Below are positions 55,480-64,000 of a stretch of 64,000 nt of DNA, in pieces. The position numbers were made by a program, and so were the translations under genes. The notes under the pieces are model-generated. The model made no database searches and was not told the origin of the DNA. It saw nothing but the letters and a program-made list of their open reading frames with translations. Position 1 is the first letter of the stretch; each line of letters begins with the position of its first letter. The DNA comes from a bacterium (GTDB lineage: Bacteria > JAHJDO01). The DNA lies in contig JAUSPT010000032.1 in NCBI GenBank assembly GCA_030652805.1, forward strand, positions 109,992-173,991, in the 5' to 3' direction.

Positions 55480-56461
55480 AAAAATAGGACTTGCCCTGGG
55501 AGGCGGGGCTGCAAGAGGTCTGGCCCACATTGGAGTTCTGAAAGCTTTAGTGGAAAACAATGTTCCTGTCGACATGATAGCTGGAACAAGCATTGGAGCA
55601 TTAGTGGGCGCCTGTTTCGCTAAAGATGGCGAAATAAATACTCTTGAAGAAATCGTATTAAACATAGATTGGAGACAATTAGCTCTTTTACTTGATCCGA
55701 ATTTAGCTCTATTGAAAAAAGGATTTATTCACGGAGAAAAGATTAAAGAGCTTCTGTGTTCCATTATCGGAGACATAGAATTCAAGGATTTAAAAATTCC
55801 ATTTAGAGTCATAGCCACTGATGTCATTACAGGGGAAGAAGTAGTGATTGACAGCGGTTCTGTAGCTGAAGCTGTAAGAGCAAGTATTTCAATTCCTGTG
55901 TTGTTTACGCCTGTAAAATTTGAAAACAAGTTTTTAGTAGATGGAGGCATAGTAAATCCTGTTCCTGTAAATATAGTAAGAAATATGGGAGCAGAATTTA
56001 TTATTGCCTGTAATGTAATACCTGAGCCGCAAAAAAGAGGACATATTACTTCTGAGGTAATTAATAAACAACCTCTTACTCTGCCCCAACATTCCCGAAA
56101 TCACACGATAAGCAAATCCCTTGCAAAATTAAATAATAAAATAGATAAGCTTATTAAGGCAAATAAAGATAGGATAGAAACCATCCGTGAATTTACTTCT
56201 ATATTAAAAAATAAAATATATAAAGGGCAACAAGTAGATTCAAACACTCCCAATATAATTGATGTTTTAATACACTCATTCTATATTATGGAGCATAAAA
56301 TAGCTGCTTCAAACTTAAAGAAAGCTGACATAATAATTAATCCTGAGGTGAATCATATCTCCACCTTGGAATTTCACAAAGGAGCAGAAGCTATATCAGA
56401 AGGTTATAAATCAGTATTAGATATGTTACCAAAGATCAAAAAAAAAGCTAATATATGTTAA
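55466..56461 (+). CDS. Patatin-like phospholipase
   Basis: GLALGGGAARGLAHIGVL (oxyanion), GTSIGALVG (GxSxG), LVDGG (catalytic Asp). Confidence 0.9.
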   Translation: MRRHKKIGLALGGGAARGLAHIGVLKALVENNVPVDMIAGTSIGALVGACFAKDGEINTLEEIVLNIDWRQLALLLDPNLALLKKGFIHGEKIKELLCSIIGDIEFKDLKIPFRVIATDVITGEEVVIDSGSVAEAVRASISIPVLFTPVKFENKFLVDGGIVNPVPVNIVRNMGAEFIIACNVIPEPQKRGHITSEVINKQPLTLPQHSRNHTISKSLAKLNNKIDKLIKANKDRIETIREFTSILKNKIYKGQQVDSNTPNIIDVLIHSFYIMEHKIAASNLKKADIIINPEVNHISTLEFHKGAEAISEGYKSVLDMLPKIKKKANIC

Positions 56462-57615
56462 AAAAAATCTTCGTATTCGTTTTATTGTGTGTATTTCTTA
56501 CAGGTTGCATCACTTCCTTAAGACTTACCAGAAAAGAAAGTAAAAATAATAATATTCTTGAGGAGTTTGGAATAAAGTATAAACCAGATTATATAATATC
56601 CTCTTTTCTTTATAAAGACCCTCCTAAGATTGTGGCAATACTTCCATTCGAAAATATTACAAGAGAAATAAAGAAAGATGGAAACATTCAAACAAAAAAT
56701 AACAATCTACCAAAAGATATAGCTGACCTCCTAAGAGATACATTCTTCAGACACATAAGTACAAAATCCTATACATATATGAAACTTAAAAAGAGTGATG
56801 CTTTACTTAAAGAACAAGGCTTGTTAAATCCTGAAAAAACCTTGCCTGCTGATGCCCTGATCTACGGAAAGGTTACCCATTACAGAAAATTTTATGGGGT
56901 AATTTATTCCCAGGTAGGTATTGGGGTTTCTGTAAAAATGGTTGATTCACACACAGGCAACTTATTATGGCAGGCAAGCGGTATATCTACAAGTCATGAA
57001 GGCAGACTATATCTATCTCCACAGGACTTAGTGATGGGAAGTCTTAAAGCGGCTTTGCATATGAGAAAGACATGGATATATCGGGTTTCTGATCAGCTTT
57101 TTAGAGATATATCCATAACCTTGCCGGATGTAGGAACTCCTGTGATTCCCACAGTTATCATAAATAATAAAACTGCTTCAATTTACTCCGAACCATCAAG
57201 GAATGCTGAAATTATCGCAAGCGCGTCCAGAAAAACAAAATTTGATATGATCAGCAGACTGGATGACTGGTATTTTATAAAAATCGCTGAAGATAAGGAG
57301 TTGCAACCTCCTAGGTTTGGATGGATATATAAAGAGGATGTTGTTTCTCATTTTATCAAGATTGAAACAGCAAAAAAATTGCAGCGTCTTAGCAAAAAAC
57401 AAGCTGCTCTTTACCCAAAAGAACATATTAATACAGAAAAATACCCTGCCAGATACTATATGGTTAAAAAAGGAGATACATTACACAGCATAGCCGGAAA
57501 TCCTGATATATATGGAGACAGAGCAAAATGGAAACTAATCTATGATGCAAACAGGGAAAGAGTGCCGCAAATTAAGCTCTTAAATCCAGGCCAGATTTTA
57601 ATAATTCCTCACTGA
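56455..57615 (+). CDS. Lipoprotein with DUF799/LpoB-like, SH3-like and C-terminal LysM domains
   Basis: Lipobox LTGC. ILPFENIT...ALIYGKVTHY...VSVKMVDSHTGNLLW. SH3-like DDWYFIKI. LysM YYMVKKGDTLHSIAG...LNPGQILIIP. Confidence 0.75.
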   Translation: MLKKIFVFVLLCVFLTGCITSLRLTRKESKNNNILEEFGIKYKPDYIISSFLYKDPPKIVAILPFENITREIKKDGNIQTKNNNLPKDIADLLRDTFFRHISTKSYTYMKLKKSDALLKEQGLLNPEKTLPADALIYGKVTHYRKFYGVIYSQVGIGVSVKMVDSHTGNLLWQASGISTSHEGRLYLSPQDLVMGSLKAALHMRKTWIYRVSDQLFRDISITLPDVGTPVIPTVIINNKTASIYSEPSRNAEIIASASRKTKFDMISRLDDWYFIKIAEDKELQPPRFGWIYKEDVVSHFIKIETAKKLQRLSKKQAALYPKEHINTEKYPARYYMVKKGDTLHSIAGNPDIYGDRAKWKLIYDANRERVPQIKLLNPGQILIIPH

Positions 57616-57623
57616 TATTATAG

Positions 57624-58613
57624 TTATTTTTCAACTATAGTTTCTTCAATCTTCATTCCAAAATGCCTGCCAGACTTTTCTATGTGCCCGAGCACTTCAT
57701 CTCCGGGCTTCAAGCTGACGACAGAAACTGGTTTTCCTTCCGGAGTTACTAATCTTATTGTTTCTGCATTTTGCAATACAAGTGACACTTCCTGTTTGTT
57801 GCAGGTTCCTTCTACAAGAAGCATAGGCCTTTTCTCAATCTTTATTCTGCCAACAATCACCTCTTGTGTCTTTCCTTCCCAGTTTACAATCAGTGCCTTA
57901 TCCCCTGCTTTAAGATCCGAAAGATATCGTGTTTTTCCATCTGTAACCATCACATATGCATGCACTCCTCCTGCATTTACACGAAAAGGTCTTTGATCAA
58001 CATACGGATTTTCTACTGATTCTGAATGCAAAAGAAACATGCTCGAGCTTGTATTACCAACCAGCATTCCTTCTCCAATAGTCATATTAGTACAGGTATC
58101 TACACAAACCCTATCTCCAACGCCTAATGACTTTACAGACTTGATCTTTATTTTTTTAATAGATAGCAAGACACTTTCTATTTTTAGCTGTTTAATCACT
58201 TTTCTTAATTCAGCAGGATTTTTTATATCCAATAAAACACCATCTACCCCTTTCTCAAGGGTATTCAAGGCTGCTTCTGCTTCTTGTAAATTCTTAACTT
58301 CTGCTATTAACCCTTTTGTTTGGGCAATAAGATTTTCCAGAGGGATAATCTTCCAGTCATGCGTCTTAATAACTATCCATTTGTTATGTATCGTTGCTGC
58401 TTTGATTTCATCCTCTTTTTTCTTAATTTCTATTTGCGCAACATCCTTGTCTATTTGCAGATCTCCATCCTCAGAAACAGTTTGTATTTTTCCCAGTTCC
58501 TTTACCTTCCCGTTAAATCCTTTATCAACAACAACAAAATCTGCTCCACATTCCAGAGCTGCAACAACGATCTCTTTATTCCACGGTCTCGCATTAACCC
58601 AAACTTGTTTCAC
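57624..58613 (-). CDS. 3-dehydroquinate synthase II (archaeal-type, EC 1.4.1.24)
   Basis: KQVWVNARPWNKEIVVAALECGADFVVV, with the C-terminal half VHAYVMVTDGKTRYLSDLKAGDKALIV. 329 aa. Adjacent to the ADH synthase gene. Confidence 0.85.
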   Translation of the reverse strand: MKQVWVNARPWNKEIVVAALECGADFVVVDKGFNGKVKELGKIQTVSEDGDLQIDKDVAQIEIKKKEDEIKAATIHNKWIVIKTHDWKIIPLENLIAQTKGLIAEVKNLQEAEAALNTLEKGVDGVLLDIKNPAELRKVIKQLKIESVLLSIKKIKIKSVKSLGVGDRVCVDTCTNMTIGEGMLVGNTSSSMFLLHSESVENPYVDQRPFRVNAGGVHAYVMVTDGKTRYLSDLKAGDKALIVNWEGKTQEVIVGRIKIEKRPMLLVEGTCNKQEVSLVLQNAETIRLVTPEGKPVSVVSLKPGDEVLGHIEKSGRHFGMKIEETIVEK

Positions 58614-58628
58614 TATTTATCATCCTTA

Positions 58629-59426
58629 TTAATTTAAAATTTTTAACGCTTCCTCTACAGAGACATCTTCATGCACAATCTTGCATATTGCCTCAACCAT
58701 CTTTTTAGGATGCTTATGCTGAAATGCATTTCTTCCAATAGAAACCCCTGCCCCGCCTGCTTCCAGCGAGTTTTTAACATTTTCAAGCACTTCGCTGTCA
58801 TTAGACGCCTTTTCTCCTCCGGCAATAACTACTGGTATTGGACATCCTTCAACAACCTCGGAAAAAGTCTCCTTTGATCCTGTGTATGTAACCTTAACAA
58901 TATCTGCGCCTAATTCTGCTGCAATCCTTGCTGCATGTTTAACTCCTTCAACCTCTGATTCACTCTTGAACTTCTTCCCACGTATATACATCATTGCAAG
59001 AAGAGGCATTCCCCAGTTCATACATGCAACACTGACCATGCCAAGATCCCTTAGCATCTCTGCCTCGTTCTCAGCACCAATATTTATATGAACAGATACT
59101 CCATCAGCGCCCATTTTCAGAGCATTTTCAACTGTGTTTACCAATACCTTTGCATTTGGGTCAGGACTCCAGAGAGTACTACCAGAAAGATGCAAAATTA
59201 ATCCTATGTCTTTACCATGTCTTCTGTGACCATGCTTGGGAAGACCAACATGTCCTAAAACTGCATTTGCACCGCCTTCAGCAATGTCATTTACCATATC
59301 CCGCATATTCACAATTCCCTTGATCGGCCCTACAGTTACACCATGGTCCATTGGCACAATAACAGTTCTTCCAGTATTTCTATTAATTATCCTCTCCAAA
59401 CGTATACTCTTTCCTAATCTGGACAT
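58629..59426 (-). CDS. 2-amino-3,7-dideoxy-D-threo-hept-6-ulosonate synthase (class I aldolase, DhnA family)
   Basis: [44 protein letters not shown] (Schiff-base Lys context), IAGG. Confidence 0.82.
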   Translation of the reverse strand: MSRLGKSIRLERIINRNTGRTVIVPMDHGVTVGPIKGIVNMRDMVNDIAEGGANAVLGHVGLPKHGHRRHGKDIGLILHLSGSTLWSPDPNAKVLVNTVENALKMGADGVSVHINIGAENEAEMLRDLGMVSVACMNWGMPLLAMMYIRGKKFKSESEVEGVKHAARIAAELGADIVKVTYTGSKETFSEVVEGCPIPVVIAGGEKASNDSEVLENVKNSLEAGGAGVSIGRNAFQHKHPKKMVEAICKIVHEDVSVEEALKILN

Positions 59427-59502
59427 ATTGCAGTCTCCTTTATACAGATTCCCTAATTAAACTATTAAATCGGTGGTATGATATTAAATTTTATGTGCTG
59501 TG

Positions 59503-60441
59503 TCAAATTTCTCGCAATCCTGCTAATCTGAGAATGTTATGACAAATCAAGTCAATTTCTCTATCTGTACTGCTTATTTCTATCCACTTAGTCCTTGAAT
59601 CCTTCTTGAACCAAGTCATCTGTCTTTTTGCAAAATGACGGGTATTTTTCTTGAGGAGTGCTTTTGCTTCATCAAGACCATAATGTCCATTTATGTATCC
59701 CAAAACTTCCCTATATCCTAAACTCTGCATAGGCAAAAGGTCTTCGTCATATCCTTTTTTTATGAGCCGTCTAACCTCTCTCGTAAGCCCTTTTTTGAAC
59801 ATAAAATCCACTCTGCTCTCAATTCTCCTATAAAGATTTTTGCGTTCTGCCTTAAGCCCTATTATGCGATATTGACAATCTATGGACTCGGCTTTAGTTT
59901 TACTCTGAAGACTTGAAATAGTCTCTCCTGTTGATAAAAAAACTTCCAGAGCTCTGATTATTCTTCTCCAATCATTTGGATGAATCCTTGCTGCAGCTAT
60001 AGGATCAACTTTTTTAAGCTTTCCATACATATAACGAGAACCCTTATTAGCCAGCTGAGCTCTTACTCTTTTTTTAATAGTCTCTTTGACCATAGGTTCA
60101 GAGAAAAGACCGTCAATTACCGCTCTTATATATAAACCTGAACCCCCGACAAGTATCGGAGTTTTGCCTGAGTTAATAATTCTATTTATTTTGTCTCTTG
60201 CCATTTTCGCATATTCCCCTGCACTGAAATATTGATCAGGATAAATAATATCTATCATGTGATGAGGAACTGCTCTTCTCTCTTCTCTTGACGGTTTTGC
60301 TGTTCCAATATTCATGTATTTATATACTTGCATGGAATCTGCTGATACAATTTCTGAAGGGAAGAATGCAGAAAGGCTTACAGCAATTTTACTTTTGCCT
60401 ATACCTGTAGGGCCTACAAGGACTATAACGGAGGAATTCAT
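59503..60441 (-). CDS. miaA: tRNA dimethylallyltransferase
   Basis: VLVGPTGIGKSKIA, DSMQVYKYMNIGTAKPS, HHMID, VGGSGLY. Confidence 0.93.
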   Translation of the reverse strand: MNSSVIVLVGPTGIGKSKIAVSLSAFFPSEIVSADSMQVYKYMNIGTAKPSREERRAVPHHMIDIIYPDQYFSAGEYAKMARDKINRIINSGKTPILVGGSGLYIRAVIDGLFSEPMVKETIKKRVRAQLANKGSRYMYGKLKKVDPIAAARIHPNDWRRIIRALEVFLSTGETISSLQSKTKAESIDCQYRIIGLKAERKNLYRRIESRVDFMFKKGLTREVRRLIKKGYDEDLLPMQSLGYREVLGYINGHYGLDEAKALLKKNTRHFAKRQMTWFKKDSRTKWIEISSTDREIDLICHNILRLAGLREI

Positions 60442-60644
60442 CTATTCTTTGACTTTGTCTCAGAGTTTCCTTCTTGCTCAATTGCAAGCATAAATTTATC
60501 TACATCCTCATATTTAAACACAATGCAATTGTCTAGGCGATAGGCTTTCAGCTTTTGCTCAGTAATAAGTTTCAGCATCTCTTCTCTACTAAACTTTAAC
60601 ATTCGCTGAACTTGTTTTCTTGTTAGATACCTATCTTCGATCAT
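60438..60644 (-). CDS. Small helix-turn-helix (excisionase-type) protein
   Basis: YLTRKQVQRMLKFSREEMLKLITEQKLKAYRLDNCIVFKYEDV. The ATG immediately follows the kinase stop codon with no intergenic gap. Confidence 0.6.
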   Translation of the reverse strand: MIEDRYLTRKQVQRMLKFSREEMLKLITEQKLKAYRLDNCIVFKYEDVDKFMLAIEQEGNSETKSKNR

Positions 60645-61442
60645 CTACATGCCCTTTTTTATATCTAAAACCAATTCTTCTACGCTCTGGTACCTTTTTG
60701 CAGGATCAACATTAAGAGTTCTTAGAATAATATTCTCAAGATCCTTAGACATCTCTTGATTATGAAATCGAGGGGATTTAACAAGCATATTCACTTGCTG
60801 AGTAACAATTTCATCGAATGAATTTCCTTCAAATGGTCTCCTGCCTGTTATAAGTTCATACATAACAACACCAAGAGAGTAAATATCAGATCTTTCATCT
60901 CCTCTATAGCCTTTTATTTGTTCAGGCGACATATAATGTGGAGTACCAGCCCGTTCTCTAATCCTTACATTAGATTTATTCTTTTCATAAGCTAAACCAA
61001 AATCTATTATTTTTACATCCATGTCTCTTGTCAAAATCATATTTCTGCTTTTTATGTCCTGATGGATAATGCCCCTTTTGTGAATATATTCAAGTGTCTC
61101 GCATACATTCAAAATTATATCAATATAGTTTTTTAACAGAGTATGATGCCTACTTATCAGCTCCCTGAGATTGTGTCCATCAAAATATTCTAATACAATA
61201 TAACAAATATCATCTTCTCTGTTAGAATTATACACCTCAGGAATATTTTTATGATTTAATTTCTGCATTATCTCGGCTTCATAAAAAAATCTATTGATAT
61301 GCTTCTTTTCAGTATCCGGTTTTATTCGCAGCACCTTGATGGCTACCTTTCTCTTGTCTCTAATCCCCAAATAAACATCAGTAAGACTAGTAGAAGAAAG
61401 ACGTTTGCTTATTTTGTATTCTGATATGTACGTGCCAATCAT
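60645..61442 (-). CDS. Stand-alone Ser/Thr protein kinase domain
   Basis: VAIKVL, HQDIKSRNMIL, DFGLA, GTPHYMSPEQ. 265 aa with no extra domain. Confidence 0.88.
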   Translation of the reverse strand: MIGTYISEYKISKRLSSTSLTDVYLGIRDKRKVAIKVLRIKPDTEKKHINRFFYEAEIMQKLNHKNIPEVYNSNREDDICYIVLEYFDGHNLRELISRHHTLLKNYIDIILNVCETLEYIHKRGIIHQDIKSRNMILTRDMDVKIIDFGLAYEKNKSNVRIRERAGTPHYMSPEQIKGYRGDERSDIYSLGVVMYELITGRRPFEGNSFDEIVTQQVNMLVKSPRFHNQEMSKDLENIILRTLNVDPAKRYQSVEELVLDIKKGM

Positions 61443-61445
61443 AAT

Positions 61446-61916
61446 TTATAACTGTTGTTGTATTTTTTTTATTATATCGGTTGTTGAATGGTTTTTCTTA
61501 TCTCCAGTTATTGCAATCTGTCCACCATAGGAAAGAACAATATCTCGTTCTGGAACAGTCTCAGCTGTATAATCTGTTCCTTTTGCATGTATTGCTGGTT
61601 TTATAATCTTTAACAAATTTTCTACAGTAAGGTCTGAAAAAAGCACTACATAATTCACGCATTCTAAAGCTGCTACAATCTCTATTCTATCTTCCTCCTG
61701 CATAATTGGTCTGCCATGCCCTTTCAATTGTGATTCAGATTCATCATCATTGATCCCTACAATTAATATATCGCCCAAAGACTTTGCTTGCTCAAGATAT
61801 CTGGTATGCCCTACATGCAGAATATCAAAACAGCCGTTTGCAAAAACTATTTTTTTGTTATCTTTTTTAAGTTCTTTTACCAGATTAGGAAGGTTATTTA
61901 GACTATAAACCTTCAT
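61446..61916 (-). CDS. hldC: D-glycero-beta-D-manno-heptose 1-phosphate adenylyltransferase
   Basis: VFANGCFDILHVGHTRYLEQA (cytidylyltransferase HxGH). 156 aa. Confidence 0.9.
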   Translation of the reverse strand: MKVYSLNNLPNLVKELKKDNKKIVFANGCFDILHVGHTRYLEQAKSLGDILIVGINDDESESQLKGHGRPIMQEEDRIEIVAALECVNYVVLFSDLTVENLLKIIKPAIHAKGTDYTAETVPERDIVLSYGGQIAITGDKKNHSTTDIIKKIQQQL

Positions 61917-62911
61917 GATTTTTTTGCGTATTTTACAACATCAATCAACTCTTTTTGTGTGGCTGTAGCTGCACCTGTTTTCATAACAACAATACTGCCC
62001 GCATAGTTTGCCAGTCTTGCAGCCTCAATTGCGCTTGCTCCTGCTGAAAGAGCCAGAGTTACTACGGCAGAAACCGTATCCCCTGCACCAGTAACATCAA
62101 CCACGTCTGTACTTCCGTGTATTGGTATAAATGTACTTTTACTGTGTTTGTCTAATACCATCATGCCTTTACTGCCGCGCGTTATGATTGTATTCTCGCA
62201 CTCTATCTCGGATTTAAGCCTCTCTGCTATGCTGCACAGGGATTTTTCTCCATTAATGCTGCAATGAAAAACATCTTCAACCTCTGTCTCATTCGGTGTT
62301 ACTGCTGTTGCATACTTATAGTTGAGTAATCCATACCTGGAATCAACAACCAGAACAAGTTTCTTCTCCTTTGCATACTTAGATATTGCAGAATACACCG
62401 CTTTTGAGATAGTCTTGTATCCATAATCTGAAATAAGTACAGCATCCATAGTATCTAGCACTTCGTCAAGATAAGTAAGCATTTTTGTTTCGCTAATTGA
62501 ACTTATGCGAAAATTCTTTTCTTTATCTATTCGTATGACCTGCTGCTTTGCTGTATGGTAACTACCTGCCATAATCCGTGTTTTTGTAATTGTTGAACAG
62601 GATTTATCAATAATAATTCCGTCTGTGTCCACCCTCATTTTCCCGAGAAAGGAAACAACCTCTTTCCCAGCATTATCATTCCCTATCACACCAACGGGAT
62701 ATACTCTTGCACCTAACGCTTTTAGGTTTGATATCGCATTTGCTGCTCCTCCCACCTTGAACATGTTTGAATCAAACTTTAAAATCAATACAGGTGCTTC
62801 CCTTGATATGCGAGAGACCTCCCCATATACATATTCGTCACATATCATATCCCCAATGCTAAGCACTCTTTTACCGCTGAACTCTTTAGTAATACCTGCT
62901 AAATCACTCAT
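61913..62911 (-). CDS. hldA: D-glycero-beta-D-manno-heptose 7-phosphate kinase (PfkB family)
   Basis: VLSIGDMICDEY, VGGAANA, DVTGAGDTV. Confidence 0.9.
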   Translation of the reverse strand: MSDLAGITKEFSGKRVLSIGDMICDEYVYGEVSRISREAPVLILKFDSNMFKVGGAANAISNLKALGARVYPVGVIGNDNAGKEVVSFLGKMRVDTDGIIIDKSCSTITKTRIMAGSYHTAKQQVIRIDKEKNFRISSISETKMLTYLDEVLDTMDAVLISDYGYKTISKAVYSAISKYAKEKKLVLVVDSRYGLLNYKYATAVTPNETEVEDVFHCSINGEKSLCSIAERLKSEIECENTIITRGSKGMMVLDKHSKSTFIPIHGSTDVVDVTGAGDTVSAVVTLALSAGASAIEAARLANYAGSIVVMKTGAATATQKELIDVVKYAKKS

Positions 62912-63485
62912 TTTTTTCTCTGTTTATATTTCTTATTATCCATTTTACAGCATCATATAAATTTTCTGCAATATGGGCAGGCACAATACCCGCCTTCCTT
63001 AGCTTATTTTGCTCTAGTTTTCCATAACCTGTTCTAACCAGTATTCCCATTGCAGATATATTATGGGCAACTTTAATATCTGTTAATTTATCTCCTATAA
63101 TATAACATTTATTGAGTTTTAAATCAAAATCCTTTGCAGCCAGTTTGAACATCCCCTTTTTAGGTTTTCTACAAGAGCATTCCTCATCAGGATGGTGTGG
63201 GCAATAGTATATTGCGTCTATATAAGCACCATTCCTACGCAATCTTCTCTTTAATTCATTATGCACATTATCTAAATCGTCTATAGAGAATAGACCTCGG
63301 CCAATGCCTGACTGGTTGGTAACAATAATAACTTTAATCTTATTCTGATTTAAAAATCTGATAGCCTTTGCAGCATCTCTGATGAGTCTTAAATCCTTCA
63401 CACTCTTTAAATAATCAACCTCTGTATTAATTGTCCCATCTCTATCTAAAAAAACTGCTCTATGTGGATATATATTGTCAGTCAC
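62904..63485 (-). CDS. gmhB: D-glycero-D-manno-heptose 1,7-bisphosphate phosphatase
   Basis: AVFLDRDGTIN (HAD motif I), VTNQSG, Zn site CPHHP...C.CRKP, GDKLTD. Confidence 0.92.
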   Translation of the reverse strand: MTDNIYPHRAVFLDRDGTINTEVDYLKSVKDLRLIRDAAKAIRFLNQNKIKVIIVTNQSGIGRGLFSIDDLDNVHNELKRRLRRNGAYIDAIYYCPHHPDEECSCRKPKKGMFKLAAKDFDLKLNKCYIIGDKLTDIKVAHNISAMGILVRTGYGKLEQNKLRKAGIVPAHIAENLYDAVKWIIRNINREKNE

Positions 63486-63496
63486 CTAAATCATCC

Positions 63497-63766
63497 CTAA
63501 AATCTAATTTCAAATTCTTTATATTCTTCTGTTGCAGGCTCCCAATGCTTTTCAACATTCCTTATATAATCACGAAGACTGCTGCATATAGAGTCTATGA
63601 AGCTTTCAACGACTTCTCTATCGCCTTCTGCCACTACTTCTACCCGCCCGTTTGGAAGATTTTTGACAAAACCTGTAACTTCATACTGCTCGGCAATTCT
63701 TCTTGCAGTAAATCTAAATCCTACTCCCTGAACTGTCCCTGAAAAATTTGCATGCAAGCGTATCAC
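63497..63766 (-). CDS. acyP: Acylphosphatase
   Basis: GTVQGVGFRFTARRIAEQYEVTGFVKNLPNGRVEVVAEG. Confidence 0.9.
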   Translation of the reverse strand: MIRLHANFSGTVQGVGFRFTARRIAEQYEVTGFVKNLPNGRVEVVAEGDREVVESFIDSICSSLRDYIRNVEKHWEPATEEYKEFEIRF

Positions 63767-64000
63767 CCCTTTATTACTCCCAATGGTCTGAGCTTAATAA
63801 TAACCTCAACCAAATCACTCTGACTTTCAATAACTGCATCAATATCCTTATATGCCTGCGGTGCTTCGCTCAAATCAATATTGCCCCTTCTGTCTTTGCT
63901 CCACTGAGCGTAAACAATACCATGCATAGCCTTATTGCATTCTTCAACAGAGCAGATTTTATTAAACTTTGTCCTGCTCATACACCGACCTGCTCCATGC
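63763..64000 (-). CDS. rtcB: RNA ligase RtcB, C-terminal part (gene continues beyond the window)
   Basis: The reverse complement of the window end reads HGAGRCMSRTKF. The C-terminus is EAPQAYKDIDAVIESQSDLVEVIIKLRPLGVIKG, typical of RtcB. Confidence 0.85.
   Translation of the reverse strand, partial: HGAGRCMSRTKFNKICSVEECNKAMHGIVYAQWSKDRRGNIDLSEAPQAYKDIDAVIESQSDLVEVIIKLRPLGVIKG

Noticed and set aside
54464-57615. Integrated prophage or integrative element, suggested by the excisionase-type HTH gene and accessory content
   Set aside because: There is no integrase, no replication or structural genes, no flanking direct repeats that I could find, and no tRNA target. At most this is a small accessory patch.

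Overview
All calls below rest on motif and architecture recognition by eye; no similarity search, folding or statistics could be run. This is a 64-kb window from a low-GC bacterium. Hand counts of 60-nt samples give about 33% GC in typical genes. It has an outer membrane: two secretins, lipid A enzymes and an LPS heptose pathway are present. It is probably an uncultivated lineage; an Omnitrophota-like origin is only a guess.

Gene order:
- (1) 2-5986 (+): sugar or aminosugar-type operon with an SDR, a phosphodiesterase/sulfatase-like hydrolase, a URO-D family protein, a 574-aa orphan and a DegT aminotransferase.
- (2) 5983-10046 (-): HpcH aldolase, aldo/keto reductase, hisC, hisD.
- (3) 10104-22975 (-): a complete T2SS/T4P-hybrid machine (MerR-like regulator, ExeA, GspC-like protein, GspD/E/F/G/H/I/J/K, PilM-N fusion, PilO-like protein). 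Its major pseudopilin gene is split exactly at the leader/mature junction by a 1425-bp IS110/IS1111-type element.
- (4) 23230-26180 (-): a three-gene defense operon (beta-class DPPY methyltransferase, MutH/Sau3AI-fold nuclease, 466-aa protein with a C-terminal HEPN-like Rx4H motif).
- (5) 26312-42147 (-): a Tad/Flp pilus locus embedded in a Ser/Thr-phosphorylation module. The module comprises an STK with an NHL propeller, two FHA-TM-TPR proteins, an FHA-CpaF fusion ATPase and a PP2C phosphatase. The locus also holds two Flp pilins, one missing from the ORF track.
- (6) 42199-50619 (-): a type II FAS/PKS-like lipid cluster (acyl-AMP ligase, FAD oxidoreductase, HxxxD acyltransferase, two ACPs, a KS and a Cys-less KS partner, a PagL-like barrel, an LpxL-like acyltransferase).
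- (7) 50859-54367 (+): a GC-rich patch with hcp and a CrtI-like oxidoreductase.
- (8) 54464-57615 (+): a small nucleotidyltransferase pair, an HTH protein, a patatin and a LysM lipoprotein.
- (9) 57624-64000 (-): archaeal-type shikimate entry enzymes, miaA, an HTH plus kinase pair, the ADP-heptose genes hldC/hldA/gmhB, acylphosphatase and the 3' end of rtcB.

The most unusual signals are these:
- The IS insert is exactly 475 codons long and completely stop-free in the gspG frame.
- The IS has a long 3' non-coding end that could encode a bridge/seek guide RNA.
- The Tad machine appears to be gated by FHA, kinase and phosphatase components.
- An RM-linked HEPN candidate sits in the defense operon.
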